A stretch of 64,000 nucleotides of DNA, from the NCBI GenBank assembly GCA_050250415.1, contig JBFWOO010000004.1:149766-213765 (forward strand), written 5' to 3'. The translations under genes were made by a program, and so were the position numbers. A model generated the notes under the pieces. That model did not search any database. It was not told where the DNA came from and was given only the letters and a program-made list of their open reading frames with translations. This DNA comes from Dehalococcoidia bacterium (GTDB taxonomy: Bacteria; Chloroflexota; Dehalococcoidia; UBA2979). Shown piece by piece: positions 27,517 through 37,018 of the stretch; the stretch's first letter is position 1; each line of letters starts with the position of its first letter.

Positions 27517-30500
27517 TCACGCGTCGCCGATCCGCAGGACGCGGTGCACCGCCAGGCGGAAGTACATGCCGACCACGGCGGCGATCGTACCCACGAAGAC
27601 CGATCCGAGGATCGCCCACACGATGAACACCTGCGGCCACGAGACGCCGAGGATGAACGGGGGCACCACCTCCGCGCCGCGCTCATCGGTGGCGAGGAAG
27701 CCCATCATGATCGCGCCGATCCGCAGGCCGACGACCGTGCCGAGGCCCATCCCGGCGACGATCACGAACAGGTGCTCGAACATCACGACGGAGAAGATCT
27801 GCGCCTTCGAGAAACCGAGCGTCCGCAGGATCGCGAACTCTAGGCCGCGCTGCTGCGCCGTGAGGTACGAGTAGACGACGAAGCCGATCGCCGAGAGCAG
27901 CAGCACGGACGCGAACGCGATCGCGAGGATGCCCGACCACCCGGCGGCGATCAGCGGGTCCTGCTGCTGCGCCTCCTCGATCGCCTGCCGCGTCACCACG
28001 TCCGCGAGCCCCGCGTCGGCGAGCGCCTGCGCGGTCTCCTCGGGCGTGCCGGTCTCGAACCACGCCTCCTGGTAGACGAGCGCGCGGTCGGGCGCGGCGA
28101 CGTTCACCTGGGCGAACAGGCGCGAGGCGTCCATGACGGCGAAGCCGGACCCGCCCTCCCACGTCGGGAAGTAGTCGAAGATGCCGGCCACCTGCACGGA
28201 CATGAACCGTCCGAGCACGGAAAGCGTGAAGCTGTCGCCCTCCTCCAGCTCGAGCTGCGTCGCGGTCTCGCGCGCGAGGTAGATCCCGGCTGTCCTGGGT
28301 TCGAGCGCGAGGCCCATTCCGCGCGCGCCGGGGGCGAAGGTGGAGTCGAGCCACTCGTAGCGCAGGGAACGGTCGAAGCCGGGCGGCGCGTCGTCCACCG
28401 GGCGCGCCGTGTCGTCGGAGCCACCGACTCGCGTCCCCTGGATGACGGTGAACGCAGGGTCGTCGAAGGAGGCGATCACCTCGCCGTCCGGCCACGGCGC
28501 GTCGAGGACCTGGAGCGCGGCGAGCCCGGTCGTCGTCGGGGCGGGCGTGGTCGAGACCTGGAGCGGGCCGACCTGGACGACGCCACGCTGCGCCGCGATG
28601 CGTCCCGTCGGGTCGAAGAGCACGGCGACGAGCTCGAACGGTCCCTGGGGCGGGTTCACGCTGGAGCCGCCGCGGATCGCCGTTGCGTAGAAGCGCCATT
28701 CCTGTGCGTACTCCGCCGTCGGCGCGACCGAGGCGAGCGTCCGCTCGAACGCGCGTCCCGTCGCGTCGCGCAGCGCGACGACGACATCGATGCGTCCACG
28801 CGTGTCCGGGAACCGGATCCACATCCCGATCTGCTCGGTGTCCGCCGGGAGCACCGGCCCGGCGGGCGTGACCACCTGGTCCTCGGCCAGGCGGGCGTTC
28901 ATCGCCTCCAGGGACTGCGGGGCGAAGTCGTCACGCACGAACGCGACATCAGCGAAGGTCGCCGAGTCGACGGCGAGGATCGGGAACGTCTGGCGCAGGC
29001 TCACGTCCCGGAACCCGGTGCCGTCCACGCGCGCGGCGAGGGAGACCGCGTCCGCCGGGATCGTGGCAAGGAGCGCCCTCGCCGCTTCGTCGCCGCCGCC
29101 GACCTCCGAGAGCGTGAAGGACGCGCGGACGTCGGCGCCGGCCTCGTAGGCCGCGCGGTCGCCGTAGGACGCACCGAGCGTGGAGGAGAACGTCGCGCCG
29201 AACATGCCCACACCGGTGGCGAACATGAGCAGGAGGATCAGCCGCGTGTAGTGGGACGGCTGCCGCACCAGCGACCGCATGCCGACGAGGATGGCGACGC
29301 TCCGCGTCCAGCCGACGCCCCAGGCAATGAGCCGGAGCACCAGCGGGAAGAGCCGGAGGAAGAGGACCCCGACGGTGATCATGAACACCGCCGGCGTGGC
29401 GAGCAGGATCGGATCCACCTGCGTCTCGCCGAACAGCGTCTCGGTGAACAGCTCTTCCTGCTGGGAGAGCCGCCAGAACACCGCGGCCACGACCAGCACG
29501 AACGCGACATCCAGGTAGTAACGCATGAAGAGCGGCGTCCGGCCCGGCCGGGCCGCCCCGCGCTTGAACTCCACCACGCTGTCCCGCGTCGCGCGCCAGG
29601 CAGGCACCATCAGCGAGACGAATGCGATCAGCGCGCCGACGCCCGCGAGGAGGAATGCCGTCCGGCCGATGTAGACCGGGAGTAGCTCTCCGCCCGAGAG
29701 CGCGTCGAACGCCGGGGTCGGTCCGAGCAGGGAGATCACGCCGGCCGCGATCGGCGGCCCCACGAGCGCGGCGAGCGCGGCGAGGATCGTCCCCTCGACG
29801 CCGTAGATGCCGAGTAGCTGGACCGTCGTCGCGCCCCGGCTGCGCATGGTCGCGATCTCGGCGGCCTGCCGCTCGACGAGCATCGTCGAGACCATCACCA
29901 GGTAGTACGCGACGATCGCGCCGATCTGGAGGAGCAGGACGAGCAGCGGGATGCGCGTGAAGAAGAGCTTCTCGTCGTAGCTCGTGAGGAGTCCCGGCAG
30001 CGCCGTCTCCGCCGAGCTGCGGCCGTCGGTGGTGGCGATCCGTGGCGTCAGGGCGTCGATGCCGTTCGCGACCGCCAGCGCGTTCCGCGCGTCCAGCGCC
30101 TCCGGGTCGACCTCGTAGAAGCTGACGTAGTCGGCTGCGGCGGTGGGGACGAGGGCACGGAAGCCGCCGAGGAACGTCGCCTCCGCGACCCACAGCCGGT
30201 AGGTCTCCCAGGACCGCTCGCGCTGGTCCAGGCGCTCGTCGACGAGTCCCCAGTAGCGCGCCTCCGGATCGCGCTCACGCCCGACGCCGACGACGCGGAC
30301 GCGAGTCGGGGCGATGCCGGGCGCCCAGAACGGGTGGAGGTCGAACTCGTCGCCCACGGCTACCCCGAGTGCTTCCGCTGTCGCCGCGCCCACGAGGACC
30401 TCCAGCGGGCCGTCCGGCGCGGCGAGCACCTCCGGCGGGAAGACGCCCTCGATGACCTCGATGTGCTGGTCCAGGTCCGTGCGGAAGAGGACGTTGGCGC

Positions 30501-30891
30501 GGTCCCGACCGGAGTCGCCGAGGTCGGGCGAGACGCCGGGGGCGGTCGGATAGAACGTGGCGCTCATCCCCTGGCGCGCGGCCGGCTGGAGGGCGCCCCG
30601 TCCGAGCTCCTCGACGGCGCTGGACTGGCGCTCACGGGTCGCCTCGTAGGCCGCGGGGTTGAGCGGCGCGTTGCTCTGCGTGATGCGCAGGTCAAGCTCG
30701 CGCAGGTCCCGCTGCTCGATGGCGTGCTTCAGGCCCAGGTCACGGATCGCATCGGAGTAGATCGCCGTGGCGGAGAGGATCGCGGCGGCGACCAGCGTGC
30801 CGGTCGCGACCGAGGACAGCAGCTTCCAGTTCCGGCGCATGCGCCGCACCGCGAGCCGAGGGAGCGAGCGCAGCCGGATCATTCCGCGCAT
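27517..30891 (-). CDS. large FtsX-family ABC transporter permease with two FtsX/MacB-type modules
   Basis: The start was set at MRGMIRLRSLPRLAVRRMRRNWKLL (ATG 30889-30891), giving about 1124 aa. Two TM clusters of the FtsX type are each preceded by a large extracytoplasmic domain. Confidence 0.85.
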   Translation of the reverse strand: MRGMIRLRSLPRLAVRRMRRNWKLLSSVATGTLVAAAILSATAIYSDAIRDLGLKHAIEQRDLRELDLRITQSNAPLNPAAYEATRERQSSAVEELGRGALQPAARQGMSATFYPTAPGVSPDLGDSGRDRANVLFRTDLDQHIEVIEGVFPPEVLAAPDGPLEVLVGAATAEALGVAVGDEFDLHPFWAPGIAPTRVRVVGVGRERDPEARYWGLVDERLDQRERSWETYRLWVAEATFLGGFRALVPTAAADYVSFYEVDPEALDARNALAVANGIDALTPRIATTDGRSSAETALPGLLTSYDEKLFFTRIPLLVLLLQIGAIVAYYLVMVSTMLVERQAAEIATMRSRGATTVQLLGIYGVEGTILAALAALVGPPIAAGVISLLGPTPAFDALSGGELLPVYIGRTAFLLAGVGALIAFVSLMVPAWRATRDSVVEFKRGAARPGRTPLFMRYYLDVAFVLVVAAVFWRLSQQEELFTETLFGETQVDPILLATPAVFMITVGVLFLRLFPLVLRLIAWGVGWTRSVAILVGMRSLVRQPSHYTRLILLLMFATGVGMFGATFSSTLGASYGDRAAYEAGADVRASFTLSEVGGGDEAARALLATIPADAVSLAARVDGTGFRDVSLRQTFPILAVDSATFADVAFVRDDFAPQSLEAMNARLAEDQVVTPAGPVLPADTEQIGMWIRFPDTRGRIDVVVALRDATGRAFERTLASVAPTAEYAQEWRFYATAIRGGSSVNPPQGPFELVAVLFDPTGRIAAQRGVVQVGPLQVSTTPAPTTTGLAALQVLDAPWPDGEVIASFDDPAFTVIQGTRVGGSDDTARPVDDAPPGFDRSLRYEWLDSTFAPGARGMGLALEPRTAGIYLARETATQLELEEGDSFTLSVLGRFMSVQVAGIFDYFPTWEGGSGFAVMDASRLFAQVNVAAPDRALVYQEAWFETGTPEETAQALADAGLADVVTRQAIEEAQQQDPLIAAGWSGILAIAFASVLLLSAIGFVVYSYLTAQQRGLEFAILRTLGFSKAQIFSVVMFEHLFVIVAGMGLGTVVGLRIGAIMMGFLATDERGAEVVPPFILGVSWPQVFIVWAILGSVFVGTIAAVVGMYFRLAVHRVLRIGDA

Positions 30892-30934
30892 AGTACGCAG
30901 TGACGGACCGCCCGGGGGCGAGCAGGCCTCGGGA

Positions 30935-30940
30935 TATACT
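30935..30940 (+). promoter_or_regulatory. candidate -10 element (TATACT) for a leaderless polA transcript
   Basis: TATACT ends 6 nt before the polA GTG (30947). No SD and no convincing -35 were seen. Confidence 0.3.
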
Positions 30941-30946
30941 CGCCCG

Positions 30947-33775
30947 GTGACACCGACCTCCACGAAGCCGACCGAGGACCCCAGCGGCGCGGACGCACCG
31001 GCGGCGGCCGAGCCGCCCCTGCTCGTCATCCTCGACTCGCACGGCATCATCTTCCGCTCGTACTACGCGCTCCGGGACATCCTGCCACCGACGCGGACGC
31101 AGGAGCCGATCTCGGCGGTGTACGGCTACGCGAACAGCCTCCTGACCGTGTTTCGTGAGCTGCAGCCGACCCACGTCATCGCGGCGTGGGACGCGGCCGC
31201 GGCCTCGTTCCGGAAGACGAGGGACGAGCGCTACAAGGCGACGCGTGACGCGACGCCGGACGACCTGCTGCCGCAGTTCGGGCGCATCCGCGAGCTGCTG
31301 GAGGCGTTCCGCATCCCGCTCGTGGAGAAGGCCGGCTACGAGGCCGACGATGTCGTCGGCACGCTCGCGGAGCAGGCCTCGGAGCAGGGCATCCCGGTCA
31401 TCATCGTCACGCTCGACAACGACCTGATTCAGCTCGTGCGGCCGGGCGTGAACGTCTACATGTATCGCCCGTATCAGCGCGACTACATCATGTACGACGT
31501 GGACGAGGTCAGGACGCGGTTCGGCTTCGAGCCCGTCCAGATGGTCGAGTACAAGGCGCTGGTGGGCGACACGTCGGACAACATCCCCGGCGTGAAGGGG
31601 ATCGGCGAGAAGGGCGCGAAGGCGCTCATCGAGCGGTACGGCACGCTCGAGGAGATGCTCGCGAGCCTCGCGGAGGTCGAGCCGAAGCGCACCCGCACCG
31701 CCCTCGAGAGCGGCGTCGACGACGCGATCCTGTCGAAGGAGCTCGCGACGATCATCCGGGAGGTGCCGGAGGTCGACCTCGACATGGACGCCGCCCGCCT
31801 GCGCGACTACGACCGGCAGACGGTGGTCGACCTCTTTCACGAGCTCGAGTTCCGCTCGCTCTTGAACCGCCTCCCGGAGTCGGACCAGGCCGAAGCGGAG
31901 GTGCCGTCGAACGAGCCGGAGGGCGAGTACCGGACGATCACGACGCGCGCCGACCTCGACGCGCTGGTGGAGCAGGTCCGCGCAGCGGGGCGCTTCGCCT
32001 ACCAGGTGATCGCGGAAGACGCCCACCCCGTGCGCGCCTCGCAGTCGCTGGTGGGGATCGCGATCTCCGCTGCGGACGCGACTGCCGTCTACGTGCCCTT
32101 CGGCCACCGCGTCGAGGGCCAGGCGAAGCTCCTCGCCGACGAGGGCGACACGGGGATCGAGCAGCTCTCCCGGGACGAGGTCTTCGAGGTGCTCGGGCCT
32201 GTCTTCCGCGGACCGGGCATCGAGCGCCTCGCGCACGACACGAAGTACGGGATGCTCGCGCTCGGCATGGCGGACGCCTCCATGTGGCCGGCCACCGCTG
32301 ACTTCGATACGCAGGTCGCCGCGTACCTCGTGGGCGACCAGAACATCTCGCTGCAGCGGCTCGCGTTCACGAGGCTCCGCAAGGACACGGTCGAACCGAA
32401 GTCGATCCTCGGGACGGGCCAGAAGGCGATCACATGGTCGCGCGCCCCGATCGACGATGTCGCGCGCTACGCGTGCATCGAGGCGGACATGATCTTCCGC
32501 CTGGTCGAGCCGTTGCGGGCGGAGCTCGCGGAGGCGTCGCTCCTCGAGATCTTCCGGGACGTCGACATGCCGCACGTCCCCGTCCTCGCGCGAATGGAGG
32601 AGTTCGGCATCGGGCTCGACCTCGAGGTCCTCCGGCGGATGGACGAAGACCTCATCACCCGGATCCGGGGCGCCGAGCAGGCCTGCTACGACGCGGTCGG
32701 CCACGAGATCAAGATCGGCTCGCCGCAGGAGCTCTCCTACATCCTGTTCGAGGAGATCGGACTGCCGAAGACCCGCAAGACCAAGACCGGCTACACGACG
32801 GACGCGGATGCCCTCGAGCCGCTGCGGACGGCGCACCCGGTGGTGGACGCGATCCTCCAGTGGCGCGAGCTGACCAAGATCAAGTCGACCTACGTCGACA
32901 CGCTGCCGCAGCAGGTGAACCCGCTGACGCACCGCGTGCACACCGTGTTCAACCAGGTCACGGCGGCGACGGGCCGGCTTTCCTCGAACGACCCGAACCT
33001 CCAGAACATCCCCGTCCGCTCGGATGTCGGTCAGCTCGTCCGCCGCGCCTTCGTCGCGCGGGACTGCGGCGACGACCCGGTGCTGCTCTCCGTGGACTAC
33101 TCGCAGATCGAGCTGCGCGTGCTCGCGCACATCTCCGAGGATGCCGAGCTGCGCCGCGCCTTCCTCGCCCGCAAGGACATCCACCGGGCCACCGCCGCCA
33201 ACGTCTTCAAGAAGCCCGAGTCCGAGGTGACCGCGGAGGACCGCCGTCGCGCCAAGGTGTTCAACTTCGGCGTCCTCTACGGGCTGACCGCCTTCGGGAT
33301 GTCGACGCGGGAGGGCATCCCGCGGGACGAGGCCGAGGCGTTCATCCACGCCTATTTCGAGGCGTACCCGAAGGTGCAGGAGTGGCGCGAGCGCACCGTG
33401 GAGGAGGCACGGGAACGCGGCTACGCGGAGACGCTGCTCGGGCGCCGTCGGTACATGCCAGACCTGAAGTCGAGCAACCGCGTCGTCCGGCAGGCGGCGG
33501 AGCGGATCGCGATCAACATGCCGATCCAGGGCACCGCGTCGGACATCATCAAGCTCGCGATGAACCGCATCGACGCGGAGATGCTGGAGCGGCGGGCGCA
33601 GGGGAAGTTCGCGCGGATGCTCCTGCAGGTGCACGACGAACTGATCTTCGAGACCCCGCGCGCCGAGCTGGACGAAGTGCGCGAGATCGCACAGCAGCTG
33701 ATGCCGTCGATGGAGCTCGCCGTCCCCCTCGAGCTGGACGAGAAGGTCGGCCGCTCCTGGGGCGAGATGGAGTAG
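30947..33775 (+). CDS. polA: DNA polymerase I
   Basis: The start was set at GTG 30947. 5'-nuclease domain (LLVILDSHGIIFRSYYAL, GDTSDNIPGVKGIGEKGA), central exonuclease-like domain, and Pol A motifs (LLSVDYSQIELRVLAH, RRRAKVFNFGVLYG, LQVHDELIFE). Confidence 0.95.
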   Translation: MTPTSTKPTEDPSGADAPAAAEPPLLVILDSHGIIFRSYYALRDILPPTRTQEPISAVYGYANSLLTVFRELQPTHVIAAWDAAAASFRKTRDERYKATRDATPDDLLPQFGRIRELLEAFRIPLVEKAGYEADDVVGTLAEQASEQGIPVIIVTLDNDLIQLVRPGVNVYMYRPYQRDYIMYDVDEVRTRFGFEPVQMVEYKALVGDTSDNIPGVKGIGEKGAKALIERYGTLEEMLASLAEVEPKRTRTALESGVDDAILSKELATIIREVPEVDLDMDAARLRDYDRQTVVDLFHELEFRSLLNRLPESDQAEAEVPSNEPEGEYRTITTRADLDALVEQVRAAGRFAYQVIAEDAHPVRASQSLVGIAISAADATAVYVPFGHRVEGQAKLLADEGDTGIEQLSRDEVFEVLGPVFRGPGIERLAHDTKYGMLALGMADASMWPATADFDTQVAAYLVGDQNISLQRLAFTRLRKDTVEPKSILGTGQKAITWSRAPIDDVARYACIEADMIFRLVEPLRAELAEASLLEIFRDVDMPHVPVLARMEEFGIGLDLEVLRRMDEDLITRIRGAEQACYDAVGHEIKIGSPQELSYILFEEIGLPKTRKTKTGYTTDADALEPLRTAHPVVDAILQWRELTKIKSTYVDTLPQQVNPLTHRVHTVFNQVTAATGRLSSNDPNLQNIPVRSDVGQLVRRAFVARDCGDDPVLLSVDYSQIELRVLAHISEDAELRRAFLARKDIHRATAANVFKKPESEVTAEDRRRAKVFNFGVLYGLTAFGMSTREGIPRDEAEAFIHAYFEAYPKVQEWRERTVEEARERGYAETLLGRRRYMPDLKSSNRVVRQAAERIAINMPIQGTASDIIKLAMNRIDAEMLERRAQGKFARMLLQVHDELIFETPRAELDEVREIAQQLMPSMELAVPLELDEKVGRSWGEME

Positions 33776-33793
33776 CGGCGGACGCCGACTCCC

Positions 33794-34615
33794 ATGCCCG
33801 AACTCCCCGAAGTCGAGACCATCCGCCGCGACCTCGTCCCGCTGCTCCAGGGGCGGACCCTGCGCCGCGTCTCGATCCACCCGGGCGGCGAGCGCCTCGC
33901 CGTGACACACAGCCCTCGCGAGCTGGAGTCCGAGCTGGCCGGACGGCGCGTCGAGGAGATCGGGCGGCACGGGAAGTACCTCCTCCTCCGCCTCGACGAC
34001 GACCGCACCTGGGTGGTGCACCTCCGGATGACCGGCTCCCTGGTCCACACAACGGCCGACGCCTCCGCGCATCGCTTCGAGCGGGCCCGCCTCGACCTCG
34101 ACGACGGCACGAGCCTGCGCTTCAACGACCTCCGGAAGTTCGGCACCTGGCACCTGGTCGAAGACCCACGAGACGCCATGCCGGCGTCCGGGCCCGACGC
34201 GCTCTCCTCGGAATTCAGCGCGGCGTGGCTCCGGTCGCGGCTGAAGGACCGCGTGGCGCCGGTGAAGGCGCTGTTGCTCGACCAGCGCATCGCCGCCGGG
34301 GTTGGGAACATCTACGCCGACGAGGCTCTCTGGATCGCGAAGGTGCACCCGGCGACGGCTGCCGGACGCCTGGGTTCAGCACAGGTGAAGCGGCTCCACG
34401 CCGCTGTCCTCCAGACGCTGGAGGAGTCCCTCGGGGACCGGGGATCGTCGTTCAGCGACTACCGAGACGGCCTCGGGGCCGAAGGGCTGCACCACGTGCG
34501 CGTGCACGTGTTCCGCCGGGAGGGGCAGGCGTGCGAGCGCTGCGGCGCGACGATCGAGAAGGCCCGTGTGGCCGGGCGGGGGACGCACTTCTGCCCCCGC
34601 TGCCAGCGTGGGTGA
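33794..34615 (+). CDS. mutM: formamidopyrimidine-DNA glycosylase
   Basis: N-terminal MPELPEVE, an H2TH region, and the C-terminal zinc finger CERCGATIEKARVAGRGTHFCPRCQ. Confidence 0.95.
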   Translation: MPELPEVETIRRDLVPLLQGRTLRRVSIHPGGERLAVTHSPRELESELAGRRVEEIGRHGKYLLLRLDDDRTWVVHLRMTGSLVHTTADASAHRFERARLDLDDGTSLRFNDLRKFGTWHLVEDPRDAMPASGPDALSSEFSAAWLRSRLKDRVAPVKALLLDQRIAAGVGNIYADEALWIAKVHPATAAGRLGSAQVKRLHAAVLQTLEESLGDRGSSFSDYRDGLGAEGLHHVRVHVFRREGQACERCGATIEKARVAGRGTHFCPRCQRG

Positions 34616-34807
34616 GGCTCCCTCCCATCAAGATCGTGTCAATTAGGGTCGTGGAGTGGCGTGGCGATGGATTTGATAGGTTCGTGTACGTCAGGGATTC
34701 ACCTTACATAACTCGCTTGTTTGCGCCACAGGGGGCTTGGTAGTGTCTTGCGGTCTCGTGTCGGGCCGCACAATGCGCTCGGCGGGCGGGTGGCGAGAGA
34801 ATCGCGC

Positions 34808-35728
34808 ATGCTCTGGATGATCCTGGCGCTCGTCGCCCTGGCGGCGCTTGGCACACTGTTTGCCTCGGTCTACTTCGCGGACGCCCTCACCGGTAGTCGG
34901 CGGACCCGCGTCCAGGGCACGCCCGCGGACCTCGGCCTGCGCTACGAAGAAGTCCAGTTCCTCACGGCCGACCGGCTGACGCTGCGCGGGTGGTTCCTCG
35001 AGTCGCCGGGGGCGCGCGCCACTGTCGTGCTCGTGCATGATTCCGGCACGACGCGGGCCGACCGTGAGCGCGGCCTGCTCCGCCTGCAGCGTGACTACGT
35101 GCGTCGTGGCTTCTCGGTCTTCGCGTTCGACCTCCGCGCCCACGGCGAGTCCGGCGGCAAGCGCGACACCCTCGGCAGCCAGGAGCGCCTCGATGTCCAG
35201 GCGGCGGTCGCTTACGTCCGCCGTCGCTCGGGACGGACGCCCGTCCTCCTCCACGGCTTCGGCTACGGCGCGGCGCTCGCGATCGACGCCGTCGCGCGTG
35301 GCGTCGACGTGGCCGGCATCATCGCCGACTCTCCGTTCGCGACGATGCAGTCGTTCCTGCGCGCGAGCCACCGCCACGTCCCGACGCCGATCTTCCACGC
35401 CTCCGTCTGGGTCGCGCGCCGCCTCTTCCACGGCGACCCGAGCGCCCTGAACCCGATCCGCTCGATCGAGAAGGTCCACGTCCCGGTGCTCTTCATCCAC
35501 TCCCAGGTGGACGACGTCATCCCGGCATCGCACACCCTCAACCTCTCGGCCGCCTCCCTCGACCCGCGCATGCGCGTCTGGATCGTCGACGACCACGTCG
35601 GCCACGGCACGGCATATGCCGACCAGTCCGAGGCGTACATGCGTCGCTGCCTCCAGTTCGTGGACGAGGTCGTCCCGGCGCGGACGCTGTTCGCGGTACC
35701 CTCCGCGACGGTCAGCGAAGCCGTCTAA
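34808..35728 (+). CDS. membrane-anchored alpha/beta-hydrolase-fold protein with Gly at the nucleophile position
   Basis: The start was set at MLWMILALVALAALGTLFA. It has the hydrolase fold pattern with acid (IHSQVDDVIP) and His (HVGHGTAY), but the nucleophile elbow reads GFGYG (35255-35269) rather than GxSxG. Confidence 0.7.
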   Translation: MLWMILALVALAALGTLFASVYFADALTGSRRTRVQGTPADLGLRYEEVQFLTADRLTLRGWFLESPGARATVVLVHDSGTTRADRERGLLRLQRDYVRRGFSVFAFDLRAHGESGGKRDTLGSQERLDVQAAVAYVRRRSGRTPVLLHGFGYGAALAIDAVARGVDVAGIIADSPFATMQSFLRASHRHVPTPIFHASVWVARRLFHGDPSALNPIRSIEKVHVPVLFIHSQVDDVIPASHTLNLSAASLDPRMRVWIVDDHVGHGTAYADQSEAYMRRCLQFVDEVVPARTLFAVPSATVSEAV

Positions 35729-35800
35729 CCGATCGGTCCAGCCGAGGGCGCCCGTCCTCGGCGACGTCGGCTTGCGGCCCTCTGGATTGGGTCGGCCCCC

Positions 35801-36853
35801 GTGTCTCCTGCTTCGCGCCCCCGTACCGGTCCGAACGACGCGATCACGGACGTCGCCGGCATCCGTGTCGGCCACTGGACGGACCGCTCCGGCGCGACCG
35901 GTTGCACGGTCGTCCTCTGCCCGGAAGGCACTGTCGGCGGGGTCGACGTCCGCGGTGCGGCTCCCGGCACACGTGAAACGGAGCTCCTCCGTCCCGGCAA
36001 CCTCGTCGAGCACGTCGACGCGATCCTGCTCGCCGGGGGCTCCGCATTCGGGCTCGACGCGGCGGGGGGCGTCATGCAGTACCTGCTGGGGCGGGACCGT
36101 GGCTTCCGCTACGCCACCGGCGTCGTGCCGATCGTCCCGGGCGCGATCCTGTTCGACCTCAGCCTGAAGCGCGCCGCCTGGCCGGACGCCGACGCCGGTT
36201 ACCGCGCGGCTTCGACCGCGAAGGGCGGACGCGTGGCGCAGGGGTCGGTGGGCGCGGGCACCGGAGCGACGGTCGCGAAGATGGCCGGCATCGAGCGGGC
36301 GTGGAAGGGCGGCATCGGCACCGCGTCCGAGCGGCTCGACACGGGGATCCTCGTCGGTGCGATCGCGGCGGTGAACGCTGTCGGATCGATCCGGGACGGA
36401 CGCACCGGAAAGGTCGTCGCGGCTCCGCGCGGCGACGACGGGAAGCCGCTCGACGTCGACCGGCTGCTCCGCCTCGGGCGTGGACGCCGCCAGGTCCAGG
36501 AACGGATCGAGGCCGCCGCCGAGAGTCCCTCGAACACGACGCTCGCCGTCGTCGCGACGAGCGCGAAGCTGACGAAGGCCCAGGTGAACCGCATCGCCGC
36601 CGTCGCGCACGACGGCTTCGCGCGCGCGATCTGGCCGGTCCACACCCGCGCGGACGGCGACATCGTCTTCGCCCTCGCGACCGGGGAGCACGAGGTCACG
36701 GACGACCAGTACCCCTCGATCGAGGCGATGGCGGCGAGGGCGGTGGAGCGCGCGATCCTCGCGGGCGTGCGCGCCGCCCGGGGGCTTGCGGGCGTGCCGG
36801 GCCTGGCCGATGGCGGGACGTCTCCGCTGCCTCGGGGCGTTGAGCGGAAGTAG
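35801..36853 (+). CDS. P1/DmpA family aminopeptidase (peptidase S58)
   Basis: NDAITDVAGIRVGHWTD...TGCTVVL...GGVDVRGAAPGTRETELL and NTTLAVVATSAKLTKAQ, typical of DmpA/BapA-type Ntn hydrolases. Confidence 0.85.
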   Translation: MSPASRPRTGPNDAITDVAGIRVGHWTDRSGATGCTVVLCPEGTVGGVDVRGAAPGTRETELLRPGNLVEHVDAILLAGGSAFGLDAAGGVMQYLLGRDRGFRYATGVVPIVPGAILFDLSLKRAAWPDADAGYRAASTAKGGRVAQGSVGAGTGATVAKMAGIERAWKGGIGTASERLDTGILVGAIAAVNAVGSIRDGRTGKVVAAPRGDDGKPLDVDRLLRLGRGRRQVQERIEAAAESPSNTTLAVVATSAKLTKAQVNRIAAVAHDGFARAIWPVHTRADGDIVFALATGEHEVTDDQYPSIEAMAARAVERAILAGVRAARGLAGVPGLADGGTSPLPRGVERK

Positions 36854-36874
36854 TTCACCCCGTCGTCAGCGACG

Positions 36875-36902
36875 TTGACGCGCTCAGCCGCCTTCCTATA
36901 CT
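36875..36902 (+). promoter_or_regulatory. candidate sigma-70-type promoter of panB-panC
   Basis: TTGACG, 16 nt spacer, TATACT. It lies about 115 nt upstream of the panB ATG in the DmpA-panB intergenic region. Confidence 0.5.
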
Positions 36903-37018
36903 CGCCTTAACAGGACGCAGCCCGTCGACCCGTCGAGGCGGCGAGGCTTCTCCACCGGCCTCCATTGCGGCTGACGTCGATCGGCCGCGGAGTGCCCGGC
37001 AGGGACGGACTCATCCCG

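Noticed and set aside
30740-34348. 1202-aa ORF on the minus strand spanning polA and mutM
   Set aside because: It is antisense to two unmistakable genes. Its composition is dominated by Arg/Ala/Gly/Pro/Asp/Leu-rich segments with no motifs. This is the expected stop-codon-poor shadow frame of a 70% GC coding region.
34630-34760. Lower-GC patch between mutM and the hydrolase gene as a possible small RNA or mobile-element scar
   Set aside because: It contains only a weak promoter-like TTGTTT-18 nt-TAGTGT and no repeats, terminator or conserved RNA motif that I can recognise. It is most simply the hydrolase promoter region.
34691-36691. 666-aa minus-strand ORF antisense to the hydrolase and DmpA genes
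   Set aside because: A shadow ORF with no motifs; the + strand genes are recognisable.
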